A program made the position numbers and the translations under genes. DNA of 61,045 nt, the filler included. It is 4 parts of 4 records of this genome, joined end to end, with 100 filler letters (N's around TTAATTAATTAA, not from the genome) between each part and the next. Parts side by side here need not be neighbours in the genome. Positions count along the whole stretch, not along the records: positions 30,521 to 61,045 come from SRR31156797_8004; 3 more parts are not named here. One strand, given 5' to 3'. Position 1 is the first letter of the stretch; each line of letters begins with the position of its first letter. Under the pieces are notes generated by a model. That model searched no databases and was not told where the DNA came from. It saw nothing but the letters and a program-made list of their open reading frames with translations. Below, in pieces: positions 30,572-42,209 of the stretch.

Positions 30572-30634
30572 AGTCGATGGATTAATTACCATTTCAGAGA
30601 GTAGCTGTCAATACTCTCATAACTGTAAAATGCG

Positions 30635-32206
30635 ATGAAAACGGAAAATAATAAAAATTCCCTCCCTCAGGAACATGAAATTCAAAACCTGACCTGCCTA
30701 TATGATATCACCAGGCACCTGGCTTCAGCCACCAACCTTCAGGACTGCCTGGAAAATGTCATGCGCAGTCTGGCTGAAATTAAAGGGATGGATAACGGCA
30801 CGGTTTCCATAGTGAACCCGTCCACAGGCGAGTTGGAAATAGAAGTTGCCCGCGGAATCACTGCAGAAGCTCGAAAAAGAGGCCGCTATAAACTGGGAGA
30901 AGGCATCACCGGTAAAGTTGTTGCCACCGGTGAACCTATAATTGTTCCCCAAATTGGCAACGAACCTCATTTTCTTAACCGTACCCGCAGCCGAGGCGAC
31001 GAGTTGAAGCAAAAAAGCTCATTTCTCTGCGTTCCCATCCTCACCGGGAGCCAGTCAATTGGCGCGCTCTCCATAGACAGAATCTATAAGGACGGGTTTG
31101 GTTCACAATCTGAACAAGACATTCGTTTTCTGACTATTACCAGCGGGCTTATTTCCCAGACAGTGGAACGAATCCTGCGCGTCAATGAAGAACAGGAAAC
31201 CCTGCGCCAGGAAAACTCACGCCTCAAACGAGAGTTGTCGGCCCAAAACAAGGTCGAGGAAATTGTAGGCAACTCCTCCAGAATGCAGGAAGTCTACGAC
31301 ATGGTGCAAAGGGTGGCGGACTCAAATGCAACTGTTTTACTACGCGGTGAATCAGGAACAGGAAAGACTATGGTCGCCAAGGCCCTGCATCATAACTCCC
31401 CCCGCAGCAAGGGTCCCTTTATAGTTGTCAACTGCTCCGCCCTGCCCGAATCCCTGCTGGAGAGTGAACTTTTCGGCCACGAAAAAGGGGCATTCACCGG
31501 GGCAAACGAAATGAAAAAAGGACGTTTTGAACAAGCCAAAGGAGGCACCTTGTTCCTCGACGAAATTGGGGAAATAAGCCCCAGCGTCCAAGTAAAGCTG
31601 CTCAATGTAATTCAGGAGCGTACTTTCCAGCGATTGGGTTCTTCCAAAGTCATGGAAACCGATATCAGGCTTGTTGCTGCAACCAACAAGGACCTGGAAG
31701 TGGCTGTCAAGGAAACCAGCTTCAGGGAGGACCTCTATTATCGTTTGAATGTTTTTCCCATTTACCTGCCTCCCTTAAGGAAAAGGCGCACCGATGTACT
31801 CCTGCTGGCGGAATATTTCCTTGAAAAATATACTCGAGAAAATAACAAACAAATACAGCGGATATCCACAGCTGCTATTGACCTGCTCATGCAGTATCAC
31901 TGGCCAGGTAATGTTCGCGAACTGCAGAACTGTATAGAACGGGCTGTACTCATCTGTGACGGCACCTCGGTGCAATCAATTCACCTACCGCCTACACTGC
32001 AGTCGTCGGAATCCATTCATTCGGGTAAGCCTCTTTCCCTGACTACTGCTGTTGAAAATTTTGAAAGAGAGCTTATTGTTGATGCGCTAAAGAAAAATAA
32101 CGGTAACCAGACAAAAGCCGCCAAAAACCTGGACACCAGTTTACGGATCATAAACTACAAAATCCATAATTACGGCATTAATCCCAAACAATTCAAGGTC
32201 AAATAA
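30635..32206 (+). CDS. NifA-like sigma-54 activator (GAF + AAA+ + Fis HTH)
   Basis: GAF with [56 protein letters not shown]. Confidence 0.9.
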   Translation: MKTENNKNSLPQEHEIQNLTCLYDITRHLASATNLQDCLENVMRSLAEIKGMDNGTVSIVNPSTGELEIEVARGITAEARKRGRYKLGEGITGKVVATGEPIIVPQIGNEPHFLNRTRSRGDELKQKSSFLCVPILTGSQSIGALSIDRIYKDGFGSQSEQDIRFLTITSGLISQTVERILRVNEEQETLRQENSRLKRELSAQNKVEEIVGNSSRMQEVYDMVQRVADSNATVLLRGESGTGKTMVAKALHHNSPRSKGPFIVVNCSALPESLLESELFGHEKGAFTGANEMKKGRFEQAKGGTLFLDEIGEISPSVQVKLLNVIQERTFQRLGSSKVMETDIRLVAATNKDLEVAVKETSFREDLYYRLNVFPIYLPPLRKRRTDVLLLAEYFLEKYTRENNKQIQRISTAAIDLLMQYHWPGNVRELQNCIERAVLICDGTSVQSIHLPPTLQSSESIHSGKPLSLTTAVENFERELIVDALKKNNGNQTKAAKNLDTSLRIINYKIHNYGINPKQFKVK

Positions 32207-32784
32207 TGGACATACTCCTCCACACCTGTTGTGGACCCTGTTCCATATACCCGGTTGAGCAACTCACTGGAAACGGACATCGTGTATCCGGGTATTTTTA
32301 TAATCCCAACATCCACCCTTACCGGGAATTCAAACGACGCACGGCGGCACTGCGACAATATTCCGAACAATCAGGGTTTGAGGTAGAGATTGACACGAAC
32401 TACGGATTAACCGAATTTCTCCGCAAGGTGGTCTTTCATGAAACTGGCAGGTGTTCACTCTGCTACGACATGCGCCTTGAAAAAACTGCCCAAAGAGCAG
32501 CAGAGACAGGTGCCGATGCCTTTACCACCACCCTGCTTTACTCAAAATATCAAAATCACGAGCTGCTTGTAAAAAAATGCGAAAAGTTTGCTCAGCTGTT
32601 CAGTGTTGATTTTTATTACCAGGATTTCCGTGTCGGCTGGCAAAAGGGAATTGATACTTCCATAGCCATGGACCTCTACCGGCAACCCTATTGCGGCTGC
32701 ATTTACAGTGAGCAGGAACGATACGACAAAAAATTGAAGAAAAAAATGCGCTTAGCAGCGGCTCAGGCTCAACGAACAGATTAA
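32206..32784 (+). CDS. queH: Epoxyqueuosine reductase QueH (DUF208)
   Basis: LLHTCCGPCS, FYNPNIHP, RC..CY, YRQPYCGCIYSE; TAATG overlap with the upstream gene. Confidence 0.9.
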   Translation: MDILLHTCCGPCSIYPVEQLTGNGHRVSGYFYNPNIHPYREFKRRTAALRQYSEQSGFEVEIDTNYGLTEFLRKVVFHETGRCSLCYDMRLEKTAQRAAETGADAFTTTLLYSKYQNHELLVKKCEKFAQLFSVDFYYQDFRVGWQKGIDTSIAMDLYRQPYCGCIYSEQERYDKKLKKKMRLAAAQAQRTD

Positions 32785-32843
32785 TTTTCCCAACTTTCTC
32801 TTTTTTATAACAAGAAGGACAACCGCTTCATCGGAGTATACTC

Positions 32844-33527
32844 ATGGATAATATTATTGTATTAGCAACGGGCAACAAGAACAAATTAAAGGAAATTCAG
32901 GCACTCTTAAAAGATACGCCTATTACCATAAAAACCATCAAGGATTTCGGTCCTATGCCTGAAGCTGTGGAAGATGGCGAAACCTTTGATGATAATGCCT
33001 ACAAAAAAGCACTGCACTATGCAAAGATGTTAGGTCTCCCATGTCTTGCCGATGATTCCGGACTTGCCGTCAATGCTCTGGATGGAAGGCCAGGTGTCTA
33101 TTCTGCAAGGTACGCCGGAGAAAACGTCTCTGACTGGGACAACTGTGAGAAGCTGCTTCAGGAAATGGAGGGTAAGCAAGATCGCTCTGCCCATTTTATG
33201 TGCGTACTCTCCCTGGCAACCCCAAAGGGACCGGCTCTGACGTGGGAAGGCAGGTGCGATGGGGAAATCCTTACTGAAAGGCGGGGAGAGGCTGGATTTG
33301 GCTACGACCCTGTTTTTTTCTATAATCCTTTCAATAAGACCTTTGCTGAAATATCGATGGAGGACAAGAGTAGGGTCAGCCATCGCGGCAAGGCACTCGC
33401 CGAGTTTGCCGCAGAGATAAGTAACGTTCAGGTATGGTTGCGGCAGCGGATGGCTGAGGTTAAGCCGCCCAAACCCGATCACTCTGAATTTGAGCATAAC
33501 GATTGGTCTCAAGAAAAAATGTGCTAA
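32844..33527 (+). CDS. rdgB: XTP/dITP diphosphatase (RdgB/Ham1)
   Basis: LATGNKNK..E, ADDSGL, PGVYSARY, GFGYDP, SHRGKAL. Confidence 0.95.
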   Translation: MDNIIVLATGNKNKLKEIQALLKDTPITIKTIKDFGPMPEAVEDGETFDDNAYKKALHYAKMLGLPCLADDSGLAVNALDGRPGVYSARYAGENVSDWDNCEKLLQEMEGKQDRSAHFMCVLSLATPKGPALTWEGRCDGEILTERRGEAGFGYDPVFFYNPFNKTFAEISMEDKSRVSHRGKALAEFAAEISNVQVWLRQRMAEVKPPKPDHSEFEHNDWSQEKMC

Positions 33528-33537
33528 GAGGTCATTT

Positions 33538-33570
33538 TGTCCCCCTCCATTGAGAAAGTGGAGGGGGACA
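33538..33570. terminator. Stem-loop between convergent rdgB and gap
   Basis: Perfect 12-bp stem tgtccccctcca / tggagggggaca. Confidence 0.7.
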
Positions 33571-33633
33571 GGCTCTTACTCTATGATCACCTCTCTGCAT
33601 GTACGCAAGGCCGCACAGAGTGATGAACAGAGG

Positions 33634-34638
33634 CTAAAGGAGCTTTTTACTGTCCAGATGCATAATCAAATCTAGCATGCGATTAGAATACCCCCATTCA
33701 TTGTCATACCAACTCATGACCTTGACAGTCTTACCGATAACCTTGGTGGACTGAGCATCAATGATGGAAGAATGATTGTCACCCTGAAAGTCGATGGAAA
33801 CCAAGGGAAGTTCAGTGTAACCTAGGTAGCGGTTAGCAGCTTCCTTCAATGCTTGGTTCACCTCCTCAACCGTTGTCTCCTTTTCCACTTCCATAACAGC
33901 ATCTACAAGAGAGACATTAGGGGTAGGTACACGCACAGCCAGACCGTCAAATTTACCTTTCAGCTCTGGAATAACCAGTGCAACTGCGGATGCAGCACCA
34001 GTTTTAGTTGGAATCATCGAAAGCGCTGCGGAACGTGCCCGACGGGGATCAGAATGGGGGGCATCCAGAAGACATTGATCACCAGTATAAGCATGTACGG
34101 TGGTCATCAATCCTGATTTGATACCGAATTTATCCATAATGACTTTGGCAAAGGGGGCCAGACAATTTGTTGTGCAAGAGGCGTTGGAAACCACGTGGTG
34201 CTCGATGGGTTCATATTCCTCCTCATTCACCCCCATGACAAAGGTTTTCACCCCAGCCTTTGCCGGAGCGGAAATGATGACCTTACTCGCTCCACCGTCC
34301 AGGTGCTCCTGTGCCGAATCCAGGTCGCGAAAGAGCCCTGTACATTCAGCCACATACTCCACTCCCATATCTCCCCATGGAATCTCTGCAGGGTTACGGT
34401 GGTTTGACACCTTGACCTTGCGTCCATTGACCACAATCCCATCCTGTTCCACTTCAACCTCTCCCTCCAGGGTCCCCATGACAGAGTCATACTTGAGAAG
34501 GTGGGCCAGAGTCTGGGTATCAGTCAGATCATTGATGGCGACAATTTCAATATTCTTGAATGCTTCATCTTTGGCTGCAGCCCTGAAAACACTTCTACCG
34601 ATGCGACCAAATCCATTTATTCCAACTTTAATTGCCAT
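33634..34638 (-). CDS. gap: Type I glyceraldehyde-3-phosphate dehydrogenase
   Basis: GINGFGRIGR, SNASCTTNCLAP, WYDNEWGYS. Confidence 0.98.
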   Translation of the reverse strand: MAIKVGINGFGRIGRSVFRAAAKDEAFKNIEIVAINDLTDTQTLAHLLKYDSVMGTLEGEVEVEQDGIVVNGRKVKVSNHRNPAEIPWGDMGVEYVAECTGLFRDLDSAQEHLDGGASKVIISAPAKAGVKTFVMGVNEEEYEPIEHHVVSNASCTTNCLAPFAKVIMDKFGIKSGLMTTVHAYTGDQCLLDAPHSDPRRARSAALSMIPTKTGAASAVALVIPELKGKFDGLAVRVPTPNVSLVDAVMEVEKETTVEEVNQALKEAANRYLGYTELPLVSIDFQGDNHSSIIDAQSTKVIGKTVKVMSWYDNEWGYSNRMLDLIMHLDSKKLL

Positions 34639-36070
34639 GTTGTTCTCCTCTTTCTGACTTCCTTTTCAGGTCAATAATTTCGATGCGATTGTTTCGGTTC
34701 GGGTACTTGGAGGACGGCCCTTCGGTCAATATTGCCCAATCGAAGTTAAGGCCAAAGCTCTTCAATTTAGTATTAATCCATTGTTGCCAATGGGTAGGAT
34801 GTTCGGGTTCATGGATGGGAAAAATGCCGTATGAAAATAGCAGGTCCTTGCATGTTTTTTTCTTGGAACTCACCCCAAATATCCAGACTGGAAGCCGATA
34901 GCGTGTGATGTTTCTGCCTGTAGCGCCGCTGCGGGTTGGTACAACTACAGCTGCAGAAGAAAGTTTATGAACCGAAGTCTCAACACTGGATGCGATTATC
35001 TCCATGGTTTCACAACCGGGATCTCCGCAAATGCTGAGTTTGGGACGACAACTCCTGATACCCTCCGCTTCCACTGCTATATCACTCAACGTTGTAACCG
35101 CTGCCACAGGGTGAACCCCGACAGCTGACTCACCGGAAAGCATGACGCAGTCAGTGCCGTCCAAGATGGCATTGGCCACATCCGTTGCTTCCGCCCTGGT
35201 CGGAATCACATTATGAATCATGGACTCCAGCATATGGGTGGCGGTGATAACTGGTTTACCTGCTGCATTCGCTTTATGGACAATTTCTTTCTGCACGACT
35301 GGTATTTTACAAATAGGGATCTCGACCCCCAGATCCCCCCTGGCCACCATTATGCCATCAGCCTCAAAAAGAATTTCATCAAGATTCTTGATGGCCTGAG
35401 AGCGTTCTATCTTGGCAATGATGAATGGATCATAGCCCAAACCAGCAGCCATGGTTCTGAGTTGCACAATGTTCTCGCCCTTTTCCACAAAAGAAAGACT
35501 GAGGGCATCAACACCATTTTCCAAGGCAAATTTTGCTATTTCTTTATCTTTGTCAGTAAAAATATCTATCCCCAGATTGACGCCAGGAACATTCACTCCT
35601 TTTCGAGACCTCAGGGGGCCACCTACCACCACTCGACAATATATTTCACGGTCGATGATTTCTTCTATCTTAAGTTTGATGAAACCGTCGTTAAGGAAAA
35701 TATGGCCACCTTGAGCCACAGCCTCCGGCAATGTTTTCAGATTAACCGATATCTTTGCCGCTGTGCCTAGAACCTGTTCGGTGGTCAGTATCAGGGACTC
35801 ATTACCAACTAATTTGATCTCCTCTTCTGCCAAATCACCAATCCTTATCTTTGGTCCTGGCAAATCTGCCATTATGGCTATAGGTCTATCTATCTTTGCA
35901 GCTGCTTTTCGAATTTCTTGTATATCGGCTTTATGTTGTTCAAATTCCCCATGAGAAAAATTGAGTCGAGCAATGGTCATACCTGCTTTAATCAACTTTT
36001 CGAGAACTTCAGGCGACCTTGAAGCAGGGCCGATAGTGCATATTATTTTTGTTTTGTTTGATGCCAGCAT
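34628..36070 (-). CDS. pyk: Pyruvate kinase
   Basis: TKIICTIGPAS, ARLNFSHG, DLPGPKIR, IMVARGDLGVE, PTRAEATDVANA; overlaps the gap start. Confidence 0.97.
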   Translation of the reverse strand: MLASNKTKIICTIGPASRSPEVLEKLIKAGMTIARLNFSHGEFEQHKADIQEIRKAAAKIDRPIAIMADLPGPKIRIGDLAEEEIKLVGNESLILTTEQVLGTAAKISVNLKTLPEAVAQGGHIFLNDGFIKLKIEEIIDREIYCRVVVGGPLRSRKGVNVPGVNLGIDIFTDKDKEIAKFALENGVDALSLSFVEKGENIVQLRTMAAGLGYDPFIIAKIERSQAIKNLDEILFEADGIMVARGDLGVEIPICKIPVVQKEIVHKANAAGKPVITATHMLESMIHNVIPTRAEATDVANAILDGTDCVMLSGESAVGVHPVAAVTTLSDIAVEAEGIRSCRPKLSICGDPGCETMEIIASSVETSVHKLSSAAVVVPTRSGATGRNITRYRLPVWIFGVSSKKKTCKDLLFSYGIFPIHEPEHPTHWQQWINTKLKSFGLNFDWAILTEGPSSKYPNRNNRIEIIDLKRKSERGEQHGN

Positions 36071-36303
36071 GTAACTTTCCTGTCGTTTCGAATAACGGAA
36101 AACATGTGAATTAATGGATAATGTAATGAGTTAATTGAGAACAAAAAAACCTGTTTTTGCTGGTTAAAGACTCACTAGATCTAACCTAAATCTCTCATGA
36201 TATTTTTTATTTCAAGCTCAATTAATTGATATTATTACTTAAAGAGTCATTGCACATTCAACAGACTGTTTTTCCCTTTAAATCAAAAAATCCCCCCTTT
36301 GGG

Positions 36304-36430
36304 TCAATAAATTTCTCAGCAGGATCTGCGCTACAAACCACTTGCTGTAGTTTACTACCGGAGTCTTCGCTACCTGCTGCGCGGCTTACGCCTTGCCCAG
36401 CGAAAGACTTTATTGATGAGAAACCTGGGT
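36304..36430. repeat. Imperfect inverted-repeat element (possible REP/MITE-like remnant) in the glpK-pyk spacer
   Basis: tcaataaa (36304) pairs with tttattga (36409-36416), with imperfect pairing continuing inward; alternative stem gtcttcgct / agcgaaagac. Confidence 0.4.
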
Positions 36431-36574
36431 AACGTTGCAACTCATTTATTACAGGTAGAGAGATTCTTAGAACCAGAATGAACGTTTCTTCTTGAAGAGA
36501 GGCCTGTAGTACATTGAAAAAACGGTGAACGTTGCAGGTGTCACTCATCGCTCTGATTGACTCTGCAAATACCA

Positions 36575-36605
36575 CCTCTTGGCTGATATAAAACCAGCCA
36601 AGAGG
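36575..36605 (-). terminator. Stem-loop downstream of glpK
   Basis: Perfect 11-bp stem cctcttggctg / cagccaagagg. Confidence 0.7.
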
Positions 36606-36636
36606 CTTTACAACTTACTGCTATGTTATCTTGCTG

Positions 36637-38169
<1,533 letters not shown>

Positions 38170-38177
38170 TTAAATGC

Positions 38178-38900
38178 CTACCCTATAAGTCTAAAACTTG
38201 CGCCCAGTTTCCAGAGGAATGCCCCTGTAACACCACCACATATCGGTGCAATTATAGGAAGCCACGCATAACCCCAGTCACTGGCACCTTTACCTGGAAT
38301 TGGCATGATTGCATGGGCAATTCGAGGGCCAAGATCACGAGCTGGATTGATTGCATAACCTGTTGGTCCTCCGAGGGACAGGCCAATGGCCATGATGAAA
38401 AAACCTACGATGAGTGGATTGAGTCCTTGGGAAAATTCGTTTTGGCCAATACCGAGTAAGATGAACAGGAGGCAGGCAGTGCCAACGAACTCACAGATAA
38501 AATTGGATGTGGTGCATTTAATGGCTGGACCAGTTGAAAATACGGCAAGTTTTAACCCTGCATCTTCAGTCTCTTTCCAGTGCGGCATATATGCTGCCCA
38601 ACAGATAATTGCACCAACAAAAGCTCCTGTCATCTGACCAGCTACGTAAACAGGAACATTAGCCCATGGGAACGCACCAATTGATGCAAGACCTATGGTT
38701 ACAGCCGGATTGATGTGTGCCCCGGAAATTGGGCCGGCAACGTAGATAGCAAAGGCAACTGCAAACCCCCAGCCCATGGTTATGACGATCCAGCCGCTGT
38801 TTTGCCCTTTGGATTTTTCCAGCAAAACGTTTGCAACAACGCCGCATCCAAAAAGTGCCAGAACCATTGTTCCAACCAATTCACTTAAAAACAAATTCAT
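38178..38900 (-). CDS. glpF: Glycerol uptake facilitator (MIP/aquaglyceroporin)
   Basis: SGAHINPAVT and GYAINPARDLGPR; true start ATG 38900 (MNLFLSELVGT) after GGAG. Confidence 0.95.
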   Translation of the reverse strand: MNLFLSELVGTMVLALFGCGVVANVLLEKSKGQNSGWIVITMGWGFAVAFAIYVAGPISGAHINPAVTIGLASIGAFPWANVPVYVAGQMTGAFVGAIICWAAYMPHWKETEDAGLKLAVFSTGPAIKCTTSNFICEFVGTACLLFILLGIGQNEFSQGLNPLIVGFFIMAIGLSLGGPTGYAINPARDLGPRIAHAIMPIPGKGASDWGYAWLPIIAPICGGVTGAFLWKLGASFRLIG

Positions 38901-39031
38901 AGTCAACTCCCACTCCAATAAAGGTTGTATAATAAGTTCGACCCCTCCAGAATCGAACGATAGCCCTATAAGAGGTGCCTGTCGCTGCTTCATTGTTGCA
39001 TTGCTGCAGCAGCGTAACTTCAGTAGTTCCG

Positions 39032-40597
39032 TTAATTGACGATATAATTTCCAGCGAGTTTGGTGAATTTTTCCACCTGATCTTTTATCCACGCCTCATC
39101 TTTGCCAAGCTCTTTGGCCATTATTTCTGCTGCTTCAGGAGCTACTTCGACAGCGGCTTTGGCATTGAGTATAAGAGCACGAGTACGTCTTGAAAGTACG
39201 TCGGAAACGGTTAAGGCCCATTCATTTTTGACTGCCCATACAACTTCGAGCCAGGAATACTGGAGCTTCTCATGCATTTTTCGGTCAAGCTCTGGATAAT
39301 CTGCAGCGAGAGCCTTGATATCAGCAATATCACTGCCGTAAACATGCATGTGATCCTTGGGATCGAACTCTTCTGTGTATCCGTGGAGTTTTACGTCTTT
39401 AGTAGGTGAGGGGCGAAAGGTATGTCCTCCCATTCTTATGGCGTTATCGATACAATCTTCTGCCATATGTCTATAGGTAGTCCACTTCCCACCAGCTATG
39501 GTGAGCAACTTACCAGGAGAGATCGTAAGGTAATGATCCCGTGCGAGGTTGGAAGTCTTACCATCAGAGTCGCCTGCTGCGATAAGAGGCCTTATGCCAG
39601 TGAATACACTCAAGACATCGTCACGGGTTATTGGATGTTCCAGGTAGCGGGCAGAGTGGTCAACCAGAAAGTCAATCTCTTCTTCCAGAGGCTTTGGCTC
39701 CATACATACGCCGTTGATTGGTGTATCTGTCGTACCGACAACAACTTTATCGTGCCATGGTACAAAGAAGATAACCCTTCCATCATCGGTCTTAGGCACC
39801 ATGATCCCTGTTTGTCCGCCCAAAAACTTACGGTCAATAACGATATGGATACCCTGGCTTGGTGCAATAAGATTTTTATGGTCGGCGTTATCCATATTCA
39901 TGACGTCATCGGTAAAAATACCAGTGGCGTTGATAACAGCCTTTGCATGCAACTCGTAGGACGTGTCGCTCAGGGTATCAGTAACCTTAACACCGTTGAC
40001 ACTGCCTATATCATTTTTTAACAACTCGGTTACTTTTGCGTAGTTGACCGGGCAGCCGCCATGATCAGCCATGGTTCGTGCCAGAGTCACAGCTAATCGT
40101 GCGTCGTCAAACTGGCCGTCATGATAAGTCACCCCACCTTTCAGTTTTTTAGTGCGTACCCCTGGAACTTCTTTAATAACGGATTTACTGGAAAGAATTT
40201 GTGATTTTCCAAAACTGTACTTGCGTGCAAGCATGTCATAGGCCTTGAGCCCTATACCGTAATAGGGGAGCCCCCACCATTTGTAATCTGGAACAATAAA
40301 TTTTTGGTTGTAGCACATGTGAGGGGCATTCTTCAGTAAAATGCCGCGCTCTTTAAGAGCCTCCATGACGAGCGAAATATTCCCTTGCTGCAGGTATCTC
40401 ACCCCGCCATGAACCATTTTTGTGCTGCGACTGGATGTTGCTTCTGCAAAATCTCCCTGCTCAAGCACCAAAACCGAATACCCTCTTGCCGCAGCATCAA
40501 GTCCCGAACCCAATCCGGTTGCACCCCCGCCAACAATAATGAAATCCCAAACCTTTGAGCTGTCTTCCATCCTGGAGATACATTCTGAACGTTTCAT
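39032..40597 (-). CDS. glpD: FAD-dependent glycerol-3-phosphate dehydrogenase/oxidase
   Basis: IIVGGGATG, TSSRSTKMVHGGVRYL, DGQFDDAR, GGKWTTYR; ATG 40597 after GGAGGG. Confidence 0.95.
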   Translation of the reverse strand: MKRSECISRMEDSSKVWDFIIVGGGATGLGSGLDAAARGYSVLVLEQGDFAEATSSRSTKMVHGGVRYLQQGNISLVMEALKERGILLKNAPHMCYNQKFIVPDYKWWGLPYYGIGLKAYDMLARKYSFGKSQILSSKSVIKEVPGVRTKKLKGGVTYHDGQFDDARLAVTLARTMADHGGCPVNYAKVTELLKNDIGSVNGVKVTDTLSDTSYELHAKAVINATGIFTDDVMNMDNADHKNLIAPSQGIHIVIDRKFLGGQTGIMVPKTDDGRVIFFVPWHDKVVVGTTDTPINGVCMEPKPLEEEIDFLVDHSARYLEHPITRDDVLSVFTGIRPLIAAGDSDGKTSNLARDHYLTISPGKLLTIAGGKWTTYRHMAEDCIDNAIRMGGHTFRPSPTKDVKLHGYTEEFDPKDHMHVYGSDIADIKALAADYPELDRKMHEKLQYSWLEVVWAVKNEWALTVSDVLSRRTRALILNAKAAVEVAPEAAEIMAKELGKDEAWIKDQVEKFTKLAGNYIVN

Positions 40598-40989
40598 ACA
40601 CCCTCCCCACTTGTTTAGTTTCGGCAAGGGAAAGCCGAAATGGTTTGAAAAACAGAATAATTATCTATCTGTCTATTGGCCAGATTATCCAGTCGCTTTC
40701 CAAATAGGCTCGTCTTACTAATAGAGACGCAACCTAACAATCCTTATTCGTTTATAAACATACCGTGGCACAAAATGAACACAAAGTCAACAAACAGTTT
40801 TCATTTGTGAAAAAAAACGTCATTGCCGATCAAAAGAAGGACACCTCTCTCGATCTCGACACCGCTGGCTGGCCACCTCTTCAAGTCATGCAAAAACAGT
40901 CAGTTAATATTTAACAACGCAACAAGCATGATCACTCTCGTGTTCATTTACCCCTTCCAAACGACCAGAAACGAAGAAAAAGGGCGCGA

Positions 40990-41009
40990 AATGTTCCTTT
41001 GCGCACATT
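40990..41009. promoter_or_regulatory. Candidate GlpR operator
   Basis: AATGTTCCTTTGCGCACATT matches 17/20 positions of the GlpR-type palindrome WATGTTCGWTWWCGAACATW; weaker sites at 40743-40762 and 40798-40813. Confidence 0.55.
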
Positions 41010-41176
41010 GCGCTTGTTACAAACACGGTCAGATGGTAAAACTGAAAACAATGAACAAGACCTTTTTTAGGCGAACACCTCTTTCAGGCTCGCTTTTTAC
41101 GCAACGTTGAAATAAAGAGCGTTTTAACTTTCAAACCAAACCACACCTTTTCGACATTGAAAACGAGGAAGCTTTT

Positions 41177-42007
41177 TTGAACGATACAACCCCCCTTAAT
41201 GAACATAGAGGCTCCACATTCACCCTGGATTCGCTCTCCAAAAGACAACGTGAAATTCTTACCATGGTGAACGAACAGGGTTTTGCAACCATCGAAGCTC
41301 TGGCAAGCCACTTTGATGTCACCCCCCAGACTATTCGGCGCGATATCAACCGACTCTGTGACTGCAAGCTCCTTCAGCGTTATCACGGAGGTGCCAGCAG
41401 GTCCTCCAGTGTTGAGAACGTTGATTACAGTACGCGTAAAAACATTCTCAACCTGGAAAAGAAACGTATAGCCGAAATGGTGGCAAAGCAGATACCCGAC
41501 CGCGCCTCACTGTTCATAAACCTTGGAACCACCACTGAAGAGGTTGCCAAGTCTCTGGCCAACCACAAGAAACTGCGAGTTATTACCAATAATCTCAATG
41601 TGGCACTGACCATGAGCAGTAATAAAGATTGTGACGTCATCATTGCTGGGGGCATGGTAAGAAGTAGAGACAAGGGGATTACCGGAGAGGCAACAGTAGA
41701 GTTTATCCGCCAGTTTAAGGTTGATTATGGCATTATTGGCGTTTCAGGGATAGACGAAGACGGAACTCTACTCGATTATGATTACCATGAAGTTCGAGTG
41801 GCGCGTGAAATTATCAATAATTCCCGCAACGTCTTTCTCGTCACAGACCACACCAAGTTCACCAGAAATGCCATGGTGCGTATAGCAGACTTTTCAGGAA
41901 TTGATGCTGTTTTCACTGACAAGAAGCCCCCTAAGACTTTCAGGGATATGCTTAAAAGAAAAGATGTAGCTCTCTTTGTTTCAGAGAGTAACGAAGAACA
42001 TGTGTGA
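41177..42007 (+). CDS. glpR: DeoR-family glycerol-3-phosphate regulon repressor
   Basis: RQREIL, FDVTPQTIRRD, RYHGGA, LFINLGTTTE, QFKVDYGIIG; divergent from glpDFK. Confidence 0.93.
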   Translation: MNDTTPLNEHRGSTFTLDSLSKRQREILTMVNEQGFATIEALASHFDVTPQTIRRDINRLCDCKLLQRYHGGASRSSSVENVDYSTRKNILNLEKKRIAEMVAKQIPDRASLFINLGTTTEEVAKSLANHKKLRVITNNLNVALTMSSNKDCDVIIAGGMVRSRDKGITGEATVEFIRQFKVDYGIIGVSGIDEDGTLLDYDYHEVRVAREIINNSRNVFLVTDHTKFTRNAMVRIADFSGIDAVFTDKKPPKTFRDMLKRKDVALFVSESNEEHV

Positions 42008-42209
42008 CGCCGCCTATACTACGAAGAATCGGAAGTTGGGTAAATCTGCTCAAAACCACAAAGCATTCCAGAGAACTAGATTTCAGCTGCTATATACGAA
42101 CATAAAGTGTTAGCTTACCATGACAGGCTCAGCACTACTAACATTTACTCTGTCCACCATCTTGAATGTTATTGCAAAACTTTACTCCACAGTGCAGGAG
42201 GATAAGTTG

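Noticed and set aside
30635-32206. Calling the activator nifA or inferring nitrogen fixation
   Set aside because: The architecture is NifA-like, but no nif genes are in the window and the same architecture is widespread
36226-36575. Short ORFs (68 aa and 105 aa) in the glpK-pyk spacer
   Set aside because: No recognisable motifs or clear RBS; they overlap an inverted-repeat element and the glpK stem-loop
38901-39092. N-terminal 64-aa extension of GlpF in the ORF track
   Set aside because: Overlaps the glpD end; MIP homology and a GGAG RBS point to ATG 38900
40823-41110. 95-aa ORF in the glpD/glpR intergenic region
   Set aside because: TTG start, no motif, and it covers candidate operator and promoter DNA
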